From an uncultured Chloroflexia bacterium (GTDB taxonomy: Bacteria; Chloroflexota; Limnocylindria; Limnocylindrales; CSP1-4): DNA of 64,000 bases. Below are positions 1-9,828 of the stretch, piece after piece; the first letter of the stretch is position 1, and every line of letters starts with the position of its first letter. Made by a program: the position numbers and the translations under genes. The notes beneath the pieces are model-generated. The model had not been told where the DNA came from, made no database searches, and saw nothing but the letters and a program-made list of their open reading frames with translations. The DNA lies in NCBI GenBank assembly GCA_963738685.1, contig CAVTXK010000002.1, positions 1,110,653 to 1,174,652 of the forward strand, in the 5' to 3' direction.

Positions 1-1211
1 TTGACCGCGCTCGCCCGGGCGATGAACAGCCGGACGGCCTCGAACTGGTTGAGCGTGTCCAGGTCGAACTCGCGGAGGGTGCGGGGCAGGTTCAGCCGCT
101 CGACCTCGGACAGGCGGCTGGTGTCGGGCGGGGCGGGGAGGCCGGGCACCGGAAACTCCTGCTCCCCCGAGACATGGAGCGCGATGCGCGTCGTGACCAG
201 CGCGACGAGGTTGGGGCAGCGGCGGAGCAGCTCGGTCACCACGGCACCGGCGGCCACGACCTGCTCGAAGTTGTCGAGGACCAGCAGCATCCGCCGCTCG
301 CCGATGTGGTCGACGAGCGCCTCGACCGGCGAACGGGCCGTGCTGTCGGACAGGCCCAGGGTCCGCGCGATCGTCGGGGCGACCAACGTTGCGTCCCGGA
401 CCGCCTCGAGGGCCACGAACCAGATCCCGTCGGGGAATTCGTCGGCCGCGGCCGCCGCGACCTGCAGCGAGAGTCGCGTCTTGCCGGTGCCGCCAGGCCC
501 GGTCAGGCTCAGCAATCTTGTGCCGCGCAACAGCGCCCCCGCCTCGGTCAGTTCACGATCCCGACCGACGAACGTCGTGAGCTGGGTCGGCAGGTTGTTC
601 GGTCGAGCGTCGAGCGAGCGTAGCGGCGGGAAGTCGGCCGGCAGGCCATCGATGACGAGCTGCGCCAGCCGTTCCGGTTCGCGCAGGTCCTTGAGCCGAT
701 GCTCCCCGAGGTCGCGGAGGCTGATGCCGTCGGGCAGCTCGCCCGCGACGAGGGCACGGGTCGCATCACTCAAGAGCACCTGGCCGCCGTGCCCGACTGC
801 CGCGATGCGTGCCGTGCGATTGATCGCGTACCCGATGACCCCGGCGCCGCTCGCCTCGACATCCCCGGTGTGCAGACCCATGCGGACGCGGATCGCCGCT
901 CCCTCGGGCCAAGCTTCAGCGGCGAGCGCGCGCTGGGCGTCGGCGGCCGCGATCGTCCCTTCGGCCGCGGCCCGGAAGATCACGAAGAACGAATCGCCTT
1001 CTGTGCCCTGCTCGTACCCGCCGTGCGCTCCGAAGGCGGCCCGGAGCAACGCTCGGTGGCGGTCCAGGATGTCGCGGTAGGGGCCGGTCCCAAGCTCGAT
1101 CTCGAGTCTCGTGGAGCCCTCGATGTCCGTGAACAGGCAGGTGACCAGGCCGACCGGCGAACCCGCCGCGCGGTCGACCCCGGCGACCCGGCTATTGACG
1201 ACCGGGTTCAG
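1..1211 (-). CDS. Class III nucleotidyl cyclase + STAND/NB-ARC-like ATPase; runs off the left edge
   Basis: My translation of the minus frame (not in the ORF track) gives cyclase motifs LFTDIEGST, GTEGDSFF, VRMGLHTG, INRTARI, then P-loop GPGGTGKT and Walker B LLVLDNFE. Start uncertain, probably CTG at 1211 after GAGGAG. Confidence 0.9.
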   Translation of the reverse strand, partial: MNPVVNSRVAGVDRAAGSPVGLVTCLFTDIEGSTRLEIELGTGPYRDILDRHRALLRAAFGAHGGYEQGTEGDSFFVIFRAAAEGTIAAADAQRALAAEAWPEGAAIRVRMGLHTGDVEASGAGVIGYAINRTARIAAVGHGGQVLLSDATRALVAGELPDGISLRDLGEHRLKDLREPERLAQLVIDGLPADFPPLRSLDARPNNLPTQLTTFVGRDRELTEAGALLRGTRLLSLTGPGGTGKTRLSLQVAAAAADEFPDGIWFVALEAVRDATLVAPTIARTLGLSDSTARSPVEALVDHIGERRMLLVLDNFEQVVAAGAVVTELLRRCPNLVALVTTRIALHVSGEQEFPVPGLPAPPDTSRLSEVERLNLPRTLREFDLDTLNQFEAVRLFIARASAV

Positions 1212-1636
1212 TGCCGAAGCTCCTCGGTCATCGCTCGCAGCCGCGCCGCCAATCCGCGCAGGATCGCCAGGGCAACCGTCGGCTGCTCGCTCACGACGGC
1301 CTCGAAGTCCCACGTCGCGAGCGCGAGGCAGACAGTCGGCCCCTCGGCGATGACCTGGGCGTTCCGGGGCTTGCCATCAAGCACGGACAGCTCCCCGAAG
1401 AAGTCGCCGGGTCCGAGCGTCGCGATCGTCTTGCCATCGCGGACTACGCGTGCACCGCCCGAGGCGATGACGAAGAAGCCCGTGCCGACCTCGCCCTGGC
1501 GGGCGATCACGTGGCCAGGCGCGAACTCGACCTCGATGACCCGGTCGGCGATGCGCGCGAGACCGTCGTCATCGACGCCGTCCAGCAGCGGTGCGGCGGC
1601 CAGCAGGTCCAGCCTGCGGTCGCGCGTCAAGGTCAT
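1208..1636 (-). CDS. Single-domain cyclic nucleotide-binding protein
   Basis: IARQGEVGTGFFVIASG and canonical phosphate-binding cassette FFGELSVLDGKPRNA; GGAGGGAG RBS. Confidence 0.92.
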   Translation of the reverse strand: MTLTRDRRLDLLAAAPLLDGVDDDGLARIADRVIEVEFAPGHVIARQGEVGTGFFVIASGGARVVRDGKTIATLGPGDFFGELSVLDGKPRNAQVIAEGPTVCLALATWDFEAVVSEQPTVALAILRGLAARLRAMTEELRH

Positions 1637-1773
1637 GGATCTCCCTCCACCATCGAACGTGGCCCTCGTCGTGATGCTGCGCCGACCGAACGACGAGCGT
1701 CAAGGTTCGACGTATCGAGACCATGACACACGTCGGCCTTCCCGGGACGACGCCGGCGTGGCACGATGGCGGC

Positions 1774-2197
1774 ATGGCCGGCCAGGAGGAGTTGATCGAC
1801 TCGATCGCCGGGTTCGGGCTGTTCGCCGACCTGACGTCGCCGCAGCTCGAGAGCATCGTCCACACCTTCGAGGAGACCGCATTCGCGGAGGGCGACCGCG
1901 TCCTGCGCCAGGGCCTGTCCGGGCTCCGGCTTCTTCGTCATCGTCGATGGCGAGGTCGCGATCGTGGTCGATGGCGAGGAACGGGCGCGACTGGGTCGCG
2001 GCGACTTCTTCGGCGAGGTCTCGATCCTGCTGCAGGAGTCGCCGATCGCCGACGTCGTCGCGACCCGACCGCTGCGCTGCCTCGTCCTCGCAGGCCCGCG
2101 GGTCGAGCCGTTCCTCATCGAGCACCCGCGGGTCATGTACCGGATGCTCCAGGCACAGGCTCGCCGGTTGCGAGCCGCGAACCGATGGCGGAGTTGA
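1774..2197 (+). CDS. Single-domain cNMP-binding-fold protein (apparent +1 frameshift ~1922)
   Basis: MAGQEELIDSIAGFGLF...VLRQGLSG joins GFFVIVDGEV...GDFFGEVSILL if one G is removed from TCCGGGCTCC. Confidence 0.85.
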
Positions 2198-3727
2198 GTC
2201 CGCCGGGCGATCGCGACCGACCGTTCCCGCCCGGCGACTATCCGGTCCTCGTCATCGGGTCGGGCCCCGGGGGGCTCCAGGTCTCGTACTCGCTGCACCG
2301 GCTCGGCGTCGACCACGCGGTCATCTCGGCCGACCCGTCGCCGGGTGGGATGTTCCGTCGCTGGCCGTTCTTCCAGCGATTGCTGTCGTGGACCAAACCA
2401 CATGCCCCGGTCCCCCGCGGGTCGCGGGCCTACGAGCGATTCGACTGGAACAGCCTGCTCGGCGACGACCCGGCGACACGGGCGCTCCAGGCCGACCGGA
2501 TGGACGGGACCTCGTACTTCCCATCGCGGCCGGAGATGGAGGCGAACCTCGCGGCCTTCGCGGACCTGGCCGGGGTGGCCGTGCGCTACGAGTGTGCCTG
2601 GACGTCGACGCGGGTCGAGGAGGGCCCCGGCGGGCGCCGGTTCGTCGTCGAGACGACCGACGGCGTGTACCGCGCCAACGCGCTGATCGTCGCGGTCGGC
2701 GTCGCCGAGCCGAACACCCCGCCCGGGGTCGGGATGGAGCTGACCCGCCACTACGCCGACGTCAGCCCGGCCGAGACGTACGCCGGGAAGTGCGTCTTCA
2801 TCATCGGCAAGCAGAACTCCGGGTTCGAGCTGGCGAACGGGTTGCTGCCGTGGGCGCGCCAGCTGGTGTTGTCGTCGCCGTCGCCGACCCGCCTGTCGGT
2901 CGACACGCGGTCGCTCGTCGGGGTCCGGGCACGGTACGTCCAGCCGTACGAGGACCATGCGCTCGGTGGCGGGGTCGTGATCCTCGACGCGGCGATCGAG
3001 CGGATCGAACGGATCGCCGGCGGCGACGGCCCGCTCGCGGTCCAGGTGCGCCGGACGGGCGATGGCGGCGACCTTGCGATTCGAGGTCGATGAGGTGATC
3101 GCCGCGACCGGCTTCGTCTGCCCACTGCTGGACCTGCCCGACCTCGGCGTGACGACCTTCGGGGCGAGCCGTCTGCCCGCGCAGAGCGCGTGGTGGGAGA
3201 GCACGAGCGTCCCCGGGATCTTCTTTGCCGGGACGATCGGACAGGGGTCGAAGGGCCTGCAGCGCCACGGCATGCCGAGCAACTCCGGGGCCGTGCATGG
3301 GGCTCGCTACAACGCCCGGATCCTCGCGGCGCGCATCGCCTCGACGCGGTTCGGGGTGGAGCTGCCGCGGCCCGCGCTGGATCCGGGTGGGCTCGTGGAT
3401 CTCGTGGCGACCGAATTGACCGAGGCGCCCGAGCTCTGGCATCAGCGCGGCTATCTCGCCCGGGTCGTGACGGTCGACCCGGCGCTCGGACCGGTGGATG
3501 ACGGGGTCCAGCCGCTCAGCCACGTCCTGGATGCGGGCGGGCCCGATGCCCTCGCGATCACCCTCGAGGCCGACGGGAGCGGCGCGATCTATCCCGTCCT
3601 GTACACCCGCCGCCGCGGGGCGATCAAGGAACGCACCCTGGATCCGGATGCATTGCTGCGCTACGACGGGCCCGACACGCGACGCGCGATCGCCGATGTG
3701 GTTCGCACGGTCGTTCCGGGTGCCTAG
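2185..3727 (+). CDS. FAD/NAD(P)-dependent oxidoreductase, FOXRED2-like (apparent frameshift ~3080)
   Basis: IGSGPGG FAD motif, RFDWNSLL, second dinucleotide motif IGKQNSG, and ATGF after the frame change. Confidence 0.85.
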
Positions 3728-4884
3728 AGCCGCGCCAGGCGCTCCGCCGCGGCCGCCAGCGTCTCCAGGCGTTTCGGAAAGGCGAACCGGAGCTTCGTCC
3801 GGCCCAGGTCGGGATGCGAGAAGAACGACGAACCGGGCACGGCCGCGACACCGGGGTCGCGGATGAGTCGGTGGGCGAACGTGACGTCGTCCTCGTCGGT
3901 CAGGTCGCGGATGTCGGTCATCACGTAGTAGGCGCCGCCGGGCGGATGGACCCGGAACCCGGCCGCCGAGAGCGCGGGCACGAGCATGTCCCGACGCTCG
4001 CGATAGCCGGCGACGAGGTCGTCGTAGTAGGTCGCGGGGAACCCGAGCGCCACGACGGCGGCGGCCTGGAGCGGCGCGGCCGCGCCGACCGTCAGGAAGT
4101 CGTGGACCCGCCGGATGCCGACCGACAGATCCGGCGGCGCGATCGCCCAGCCGATCCGCCAGCCGGTCACGGAGTACGTCTTCGACATCGAGTGGATGGA
4201 CACGGTCCGTTCCGCCATCCCGGGGAGCGTCGCGAGCGGGATGTGCTCGCCCTCGAACACGAGGTGTTCGTAGATGTCGTCGGTGAAGGCGATCACGTCG
4301 AACTCGACGCACAGGGCGGCGATCAGCTCCAGCTCGGCCCGGGTGAAGACCTTGCCGGTCGGGTTGTGCGGCGAGTTGACGACGATGCCGCGCGTCCTGG
4401 CGGTGAAGGCGCGGCGCAGCTCGTCCGGGTCGATCGACCAGTCCGGCTCGTGCAGCGTCACGTAGCGCGGGACGGCATCGGCGAGGATCGCGTCGGGCCC
4501 GTAGTTCTCGTAGTAGGGCTCGAAGACGACGACCTCGTCACCCGGGTCGAGGAGCCCGAGCATCGCCGCGATCATGGCCTCGGTCGCGCCGCAGGTGACG
4601 GTGATCTGCGTCTCGGGGTCGATGGCACCCCAACCCGGGAACTGGCGCGGCGTCGTCGCGGCGATCGCGTCGCGCAGCGGCTTGGAGCCCCAGGTGATGG
4701 CGTACTGGTTGATGTCGGCGTCGACCGCCTCGGCGACCGCGCGTTTCAGCTCCGGCGGACAGGGGAAGTCGGGAAATCCCTGGGCCAGGCTGACCGCGCC
4801 GTGCAGCACGGCCTGCCGATTCATCTCGCGGATGACCGATTCGGTGAAGCGCTCCGCCTTGGCGGAGATCCGTCGTGTTGACAT
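3724..4884 (-). CDS. PLP-dependent aminotransferase class I/II
   Basis: LAQGFPDF, NSPHNPTGKVF, DDIYEH, SMSKTYSVTGWRIGW. Confidence 0.95.
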   Translation of the reverse strand: MSTRRISAKAERFTESVIREMNRQAVLHGAVSLAQGFPDFPCPPELKRAVAEAVDADINQYAITWGSKPLRDAIAATTPRQFPGWGAIDPETQITVTCGATEAMIAAMLGLLDPGDEVVVFEPYYENYGPDAILADAVPRYVTLHEPDWSIDPDELRRAFTARTRGIVVNSPHNPTGKVFTRAELELIAALCVEFDVIAFTDDIYEHLVFEGEHIPLATLPGMAERTVSIHSMSKTYSVTGWRIGWAIAPPDLSVGIRRVHDFLTVGAAAPLQAAAVVALGFPATYYDDLVAGYRERRDMLVPALSAAGFRVHPPGGAYYVMTDIRDLTDEDDVTFAHRLIRDPGVAAVPGSSFFSHPDLGRTKLRFAFPKRLETLAAAAERLARL

Positions 4885-5016
4885 CGCGCCGAAGTCTACG
4901 GCGGCGGGCCTTCAACGATCGCGCCGCGAGGCACCGAGGGTCGTTGCGCTACGACCCGGTGATGCCGTCGAGGTGCATCGGGCCGCAACGTGCGTTTCGG
5001 CCGCGGAGGTTGTGCA

Positions 5017-7109
5017 TCAGACGAGATGGCGCGGGATCCGCTCCGTCCAGTCGCGCTCGAAGAAGCGGGTGCCGTCGACGTCGACTTCGAGACGCACGGT
5101 GAGGTCGAAATCGGTGGCGGTGCTGGTCTGGCGGGAGGTGGCGCGGATCTCGATATGGGTCAGCTCGCCGCCGCGGCTGGCCTCGCGTTCCTGCCACCGA
5201 TAGACCACGTCGGCATGGAGTTCGGCGCGCGCCGGGTCCGCGTCCCACGCGGTCATCCGGAGGGTTTCCGCTGCGTACAGCCGGCGACCGTCCGGCACGA
5301 TGGCCTCGCCCCCGTCGTGGACGTGCACCGTGACGGAGCCATCGATCACGTCCTCGTCGATGCGCCAGATAGGCGGGTCGGCGACGGCCGGGCCGCGACC
5401 GTCGAGCGGCTCGGCAACGGGCCAGTCGAGCCCCGGCGGCTCGGTGCGGAACGCGGGCACGGGCGCGTCGCCCGGACCACCGGCGGGCGGGACGACCGGG
5501 AGGTCGAGGCGTGACGGCGTCGCAGGTCCGCGATGCACCCGGAAGGTGGCCGGATGTGGCGACGGCCACAGGACCGGCCATAGCGACGACGCGAGCGCCA
5601 CCCGCACGCGATGACCCGGACGCCATCGATACCCCGTGGTCCGCAGCGGCACCCGGACTTCCTCGACGACCCCGGTCCGCATCGGCTCCGGATCCGTGTG
5701 CGATCGACGGTGGGTGAGGTTCAGCACCCCGGCACTGACCAGCGCCACGGTCCCGTCGGGCGCCACGTCGCTGAGCCGCACCGACAGCGTCGCGACGGGG
5801 GCATCGACCTCGATGTGTACGACGATTTCGGGGACGCCGAGGATCTCGAGCGGTTCGATGAGCGGCTCCGACTTGTAGGTCGGGCCGGCGTCCTCGTCGC
5901 GCCGCAGGTCGCGGGCGAGGCCGTTGGGTGCGCCGCCCGCGCCCCAGGACAGGGGGCCGCGCGTCCCGGTGGTCGGTCGGTGGCGGAACTCGTCGATCCC
6001 CGCTGGCCCGGGACCGGCCAGGGTCTCAGGCCCGAACCCCCACGCCTGGACAGCCATCGAGGGATGCGGGTATGCGACGGCCGCCCGCCATCGACCGGGG
6101 AGCGTGGCCGGGAACGGCTCGGGCGGTGCGAACTCGTGCTCGAACCAGACGACCGGCGGTTCGGCGTCCCAACCGTTGTCGATCCCGCGGAGGTGTCGAT
6201 CGAAGAATCGGGCGATCTCGTGGAGCTCGTCGAGATTCGGTCCGGGCGCTGCGTCATGTGGCCACGAGTGGACCCAGTTGCCGACCAGCGTGTGCGACGG
6301 GGCCGGGCAGTGGGCTTGCATCCGGAACGCCGGGTCGACGTAGCTGTCGTGCCAGCCACCGATGTTGAAGATCGCCGCTTCGATCGCGTCGTAGTCGGGC
6401 GCGAGCGACCCCTGGCGCCAGTACGGGCCGTCGGACTGGTGTCGGAGCCAGGCGAACAGCCACGGCGGCGTCGCGTCGAGACGGGCCAGCCACTCGTCCC
6501 GCCACGCGGCGCCTCGGAACGCCGCCTCGGGTGGCATCGCGTTCATCGCCACCTGGCTCACGGCGTACTGCGAGAGTTCGCTGACGGTGACGCAGCCGCC
6601 GCGGTAGTGGACGTCGTCGAGGTAGCGGTCGTCGGTGGCCATGACCGGGACGATCGCCCGCAGGTGCGGTGGCCGGAGGGCGGCGACCTGGATCGCGGTG
6701 AACCCGCCATACGAGATCCCCCACATGCCGACGTTCCCGTCGCACCAGGGCTGCGTGGCCAGCCACTCGACCGCGTCGAACCCGTCACGGGTCTCATCGG
6801 CGGTGTACTCGTCGAGGGCGACACCGGCGGACGACCCGGTGCCGCGAACATCGACCCGGCACAGCACGTAGCCCCGGGCCGCGAACCACTGCCCGCGAGT
6901 CATGTCCGACGCGCGGCGCCAGTTGTCCTTGCCGTACGGGATCATCTCGAGGATGGCCGGGAAGCGGGCATCGGGGCGTCGGGGCGGGGGAGGGGCCGCC
7001 AGATGTTCGCCGAGAGCTCGACGCCGTCGCGGGCCGGGATCCGGGTGTCCCAGTCGACCGCGACCTCGTGGCTCGGTTCGGCGGCGGGTCGCGGATCCGT
7101 GGCGGTCAC
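5017..7109 (-). CDS. CocE/NonD family hydrolase (apparent frameshift ~6985)
   Basis: IPARDGVELSANIWRP (upstream frame), VDVRGTGSSAG, nucleophile motif GISYGG, PepX-like C-terminal domain. GTG start 7 nt after TAGACT. Confidence 0.9.
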
Positions 7110-7175
7110 GTCGGGGAGTCTAGGGGCGCGTCGCCGCTCCCAGCGCCCCCGCCCGCGCCATGCGACGATGCCGCG

Positions 7176-7721
7176 ATGGATGGCCGGTTCGTCAGAGGGT
7201 CCCGCCGCGTCGCCTACGAGAACCCGTGGATCACGGTCTGGCACGACGAGGTGACCCGGCCCGACGGCAGTCCCGGGATCTACGGCGTCGTCCACTTCGC
7301 CAACCGGGCCGTCGGCGTCGTGGCGATCGATGACGACGACCGGGTCGTGCTGGTCGGCCAGCACCGCTACACGCTCGACCACGACTCGTGGGAGATCCCC
7401 GAGGGCGGGGCACCGACCGACGAGGACCCGCTCGTCGGCGCGCAGCGCGAGCTGCGCGAGGAGACCGGGCTGACCGCCACGACCTGGCGGGAGCTGTGCC
7501 GGCTCGAGCTCTCCAACTCCGTCACGGACGAGACCGTGGTGCTGTTCGTCGCCACCGGCCTGACCCAGGGCGAGGCTGCGCCCGAACCGACCGAGTCGCT
7601 CCAGGTCCGCTGGGTGCCGTTCCAGGAGGCCCTCGCGATGACCTTCGACGGGCGGATCCTCGACGCGATGTCGGTCGTGGCGATCCAGCGCCTGGCCCTG
7701 GACCGGCTGACCGCCCGATGA
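7176..7721 (+). CDS. NUDIX hydrolase (ADP-ribose pyrophosphatase-like)
   Basis: Nudix box GGAPTDEDPLVGAQRELREETG; YENPWITV N-terminus. Confidence 0.93.
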   Translation: MDGRFVRGSRRVAYENPWITVWHDEVTRPDGSPGIYGVVHFANRAVGVVAIDDDDRVVLVGQHRYTLDHDSWEIPEGGAPTDEDPLVGAQRELREETGLTATTWRELCRLELSNSVTDETVVLFVATGLTQGEAAPEPTESLQVRWVPFQEALAMTFDGRILDAMSVVAIQRLALDRLTAR

Positions 7722-8426
7722 CCGAGCTGCACGTCCTGCGGGTGTTCATCGGGCCGGACGGGCGCGGCGGCAACCCGCTCGGGGTGTTCGTCGACGGCCG
7801 CGCCATCGCGCCAGGCCGGCGACAGGCCGTGGCCGCGGAGCTCGGTTTCAGCGAGACCGTGTTCGTCGACGAGATCCGTGCTGGGAGCGACGAGGCCGAG
7901 CACGGCGCGGCCACGATCCGGATCTTCACGCCGGGCCTGGAGCTGCCGTTCGCGGGCCACCCGACGGTCGGGACCTCGTGGCTGTTGGCCGAGCTCGGGC
8001 GGAGCGTCGGGACGCTCCGCGTGCCGGCGGGCGACGTGATCACGTGGCACGACCCCGAGCGCACCTGGATCCGTGCCCGGGCCGAGTGGATCGGCGGGCT
8101 GATCGACCCGCGCCAGTACGCCACGCCCGCCGACGTGGACGGCCTGAGCCTGATCCCGCTGGGTGACCCAAGTCTGTATGCGTGGGCCTGGGAGGACGAG
8201 GCCGGAGGCCGGGTACGAGCACGCTTCTTCGCCACCGAATTCGGCATCCTCGAGGACGAGGCGACCGGCGCCGCGGCCGTGGTCATGGGCGAACGACTCG
8301 GGCGGCCGTTGACGATCCGCCAGGGTGTGGGCTCCGAACTCCTCGTCCGCCCGGACGCCGCTTCGGGCAGCGATCGATGTCGGCGGGCGGGTCGAGCTCG
8401 TCGAGGTCCGCGCCTACGGTCTGTAG
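7718..8426 (+). CDS. PhzF family isomerase (apparent frameshift ~8370)
   Basis: GGNPLGVF, LGFSETVF, ELPFAGHPTVG, EDEATGAA; ATGA overlap with the NUDIX gene; corrected C-terminus IDVGGRVELVEVRAYGL*. Confidence 0.88.
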
Positions 8427-8530
8427 GTCTCGACGCGGATCGGTGTCAGGGCGAAGTCGCGAACGTTCCTCGTCAGGACGATCGGAACCGCCGCGAGCCG
8501 CGGGGGCCGTCGCCCTCTACCATCCGGACC

Positions 8531-9713
8531 ATGACCTCGGATCGCCGCGACTGGGACGTCATCGTCGTCGGCCTCGGCGCGCTGGGGAGTGCCGCGGCTT
8601 ACTGGGCGTCCACCCGCCACGGGACGCGGGTCCTCGGCCTGGAGCAGTTCGAGCTGGGCCACGCCAATGGGGCCTCGGCCGACCACAGCCGGATCATCCG
8701 GCTCTCCTACCACCGACCCGACTACGTCCGACTCGCCAAGCGGGCCTACGAAACATGGGCCTCCGTGGAGGCCGAGTCGCGAGAGCGGATCGTGACGATC
8801 ACCGGCGGCCTGGACCTGTGGCCGGCCGACGCCGCGATCCCCAAGGTCGACTACACCGAGAGCCTGGCCACGGAAGCGGTGCCGTTCGAGCTGCTGGACG
8901 CCGGCGAGGTCATGCACCGCTGGCCGCAATGGCGCCTCACCGATGACACGACCGCCCTGTGGCAATCGCGCGGCGGACTCGCCGATCCGTTCAAGGGCAA
9001 CGCCGCGCATCGTCGCCTGGCCACCGTTCGCGGGGCCACGCTCCTGGACCGCACGCCCGTCACCGCGATCCGCGAGGTCGGTGGCGCGTACGAGGTGGAT
9101 GCCGGCGGGACGACCCACGGCGCGGGCCGGGTGGTCCTCACCGCCGACGCCTGGACCAACGCGCTGCTTGAGGGGTTCGATCGTCGCCTGCCGTTGACCG
9201 TGACGAAGGAGCAGGTCACCTACTTCGCGGCCCCGGACCCGGCTGCCTTCGCCCCGGACCGATTCCCGGTCTGGATCTGGATGGACGAGCCGTGCTTCTA
9301 CGGCTTCCCGACGTATGGCGAGGCCGGCCCAAAGGCCGCCCAGGACTGCGGCGGCGAGCCGACCACGCCCGAGACCCGGACCTTCGAGCGCGACGAGGCG
9401 GCCCACGCCAGGGTCGTGGCCTTCCTCGAGACCCACCTTCCCCGGCGCCGTCGGGCCGGACATCCTGACCCGGACCTGCCTCTACACGCTGACCCCGGAC
9501 CGCGACTTCGTCGTCGACCGTGTGCCGGATGCGCCGGGCATCGTCGTCGGGCTCGGTGCGGCGCACGGCTTCAAGTACGCGAGCGTCCTGGGCCGCGTGC
9601 TGGTCGAACTGGCCCTCGACGGGACATCGCCGTCGGATGGGGAGCTGGGCGCGTTCCGCATCGATCGCCCGATCCTGCTCGAGGCGTCGCCACCGACCTC
9701 CTGGATGGTCTGA
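8531..9713 (+). CDS. solA: Monomeric sarcosine / N-methyltryptophan oxidase family (apparent frameshift ~9442)
   Basis: VGLGALG, GASADHSRIIR, TCLYTLTPDRDF (flavinylation Cys), AHGFKYA. Confidence 0.88.
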
Positions 9714-9828
9714 CCGCCAAACGGCGCATGGGACGCGCCCCGTTGTTGCACCGCCCGGCGGGCTGTGCCACCGTACCGCCACTCGCACGGCCGAGGATGC
9801 TGGTGTTCCGAGGGAGGTCGGGCCACCG

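Noticed and set aside
1723-3093. cNMP domain-flavoprotein fusion
   Set aside because: Created by the extra G near 1922; the corrected cNMP gene stops at 2197.
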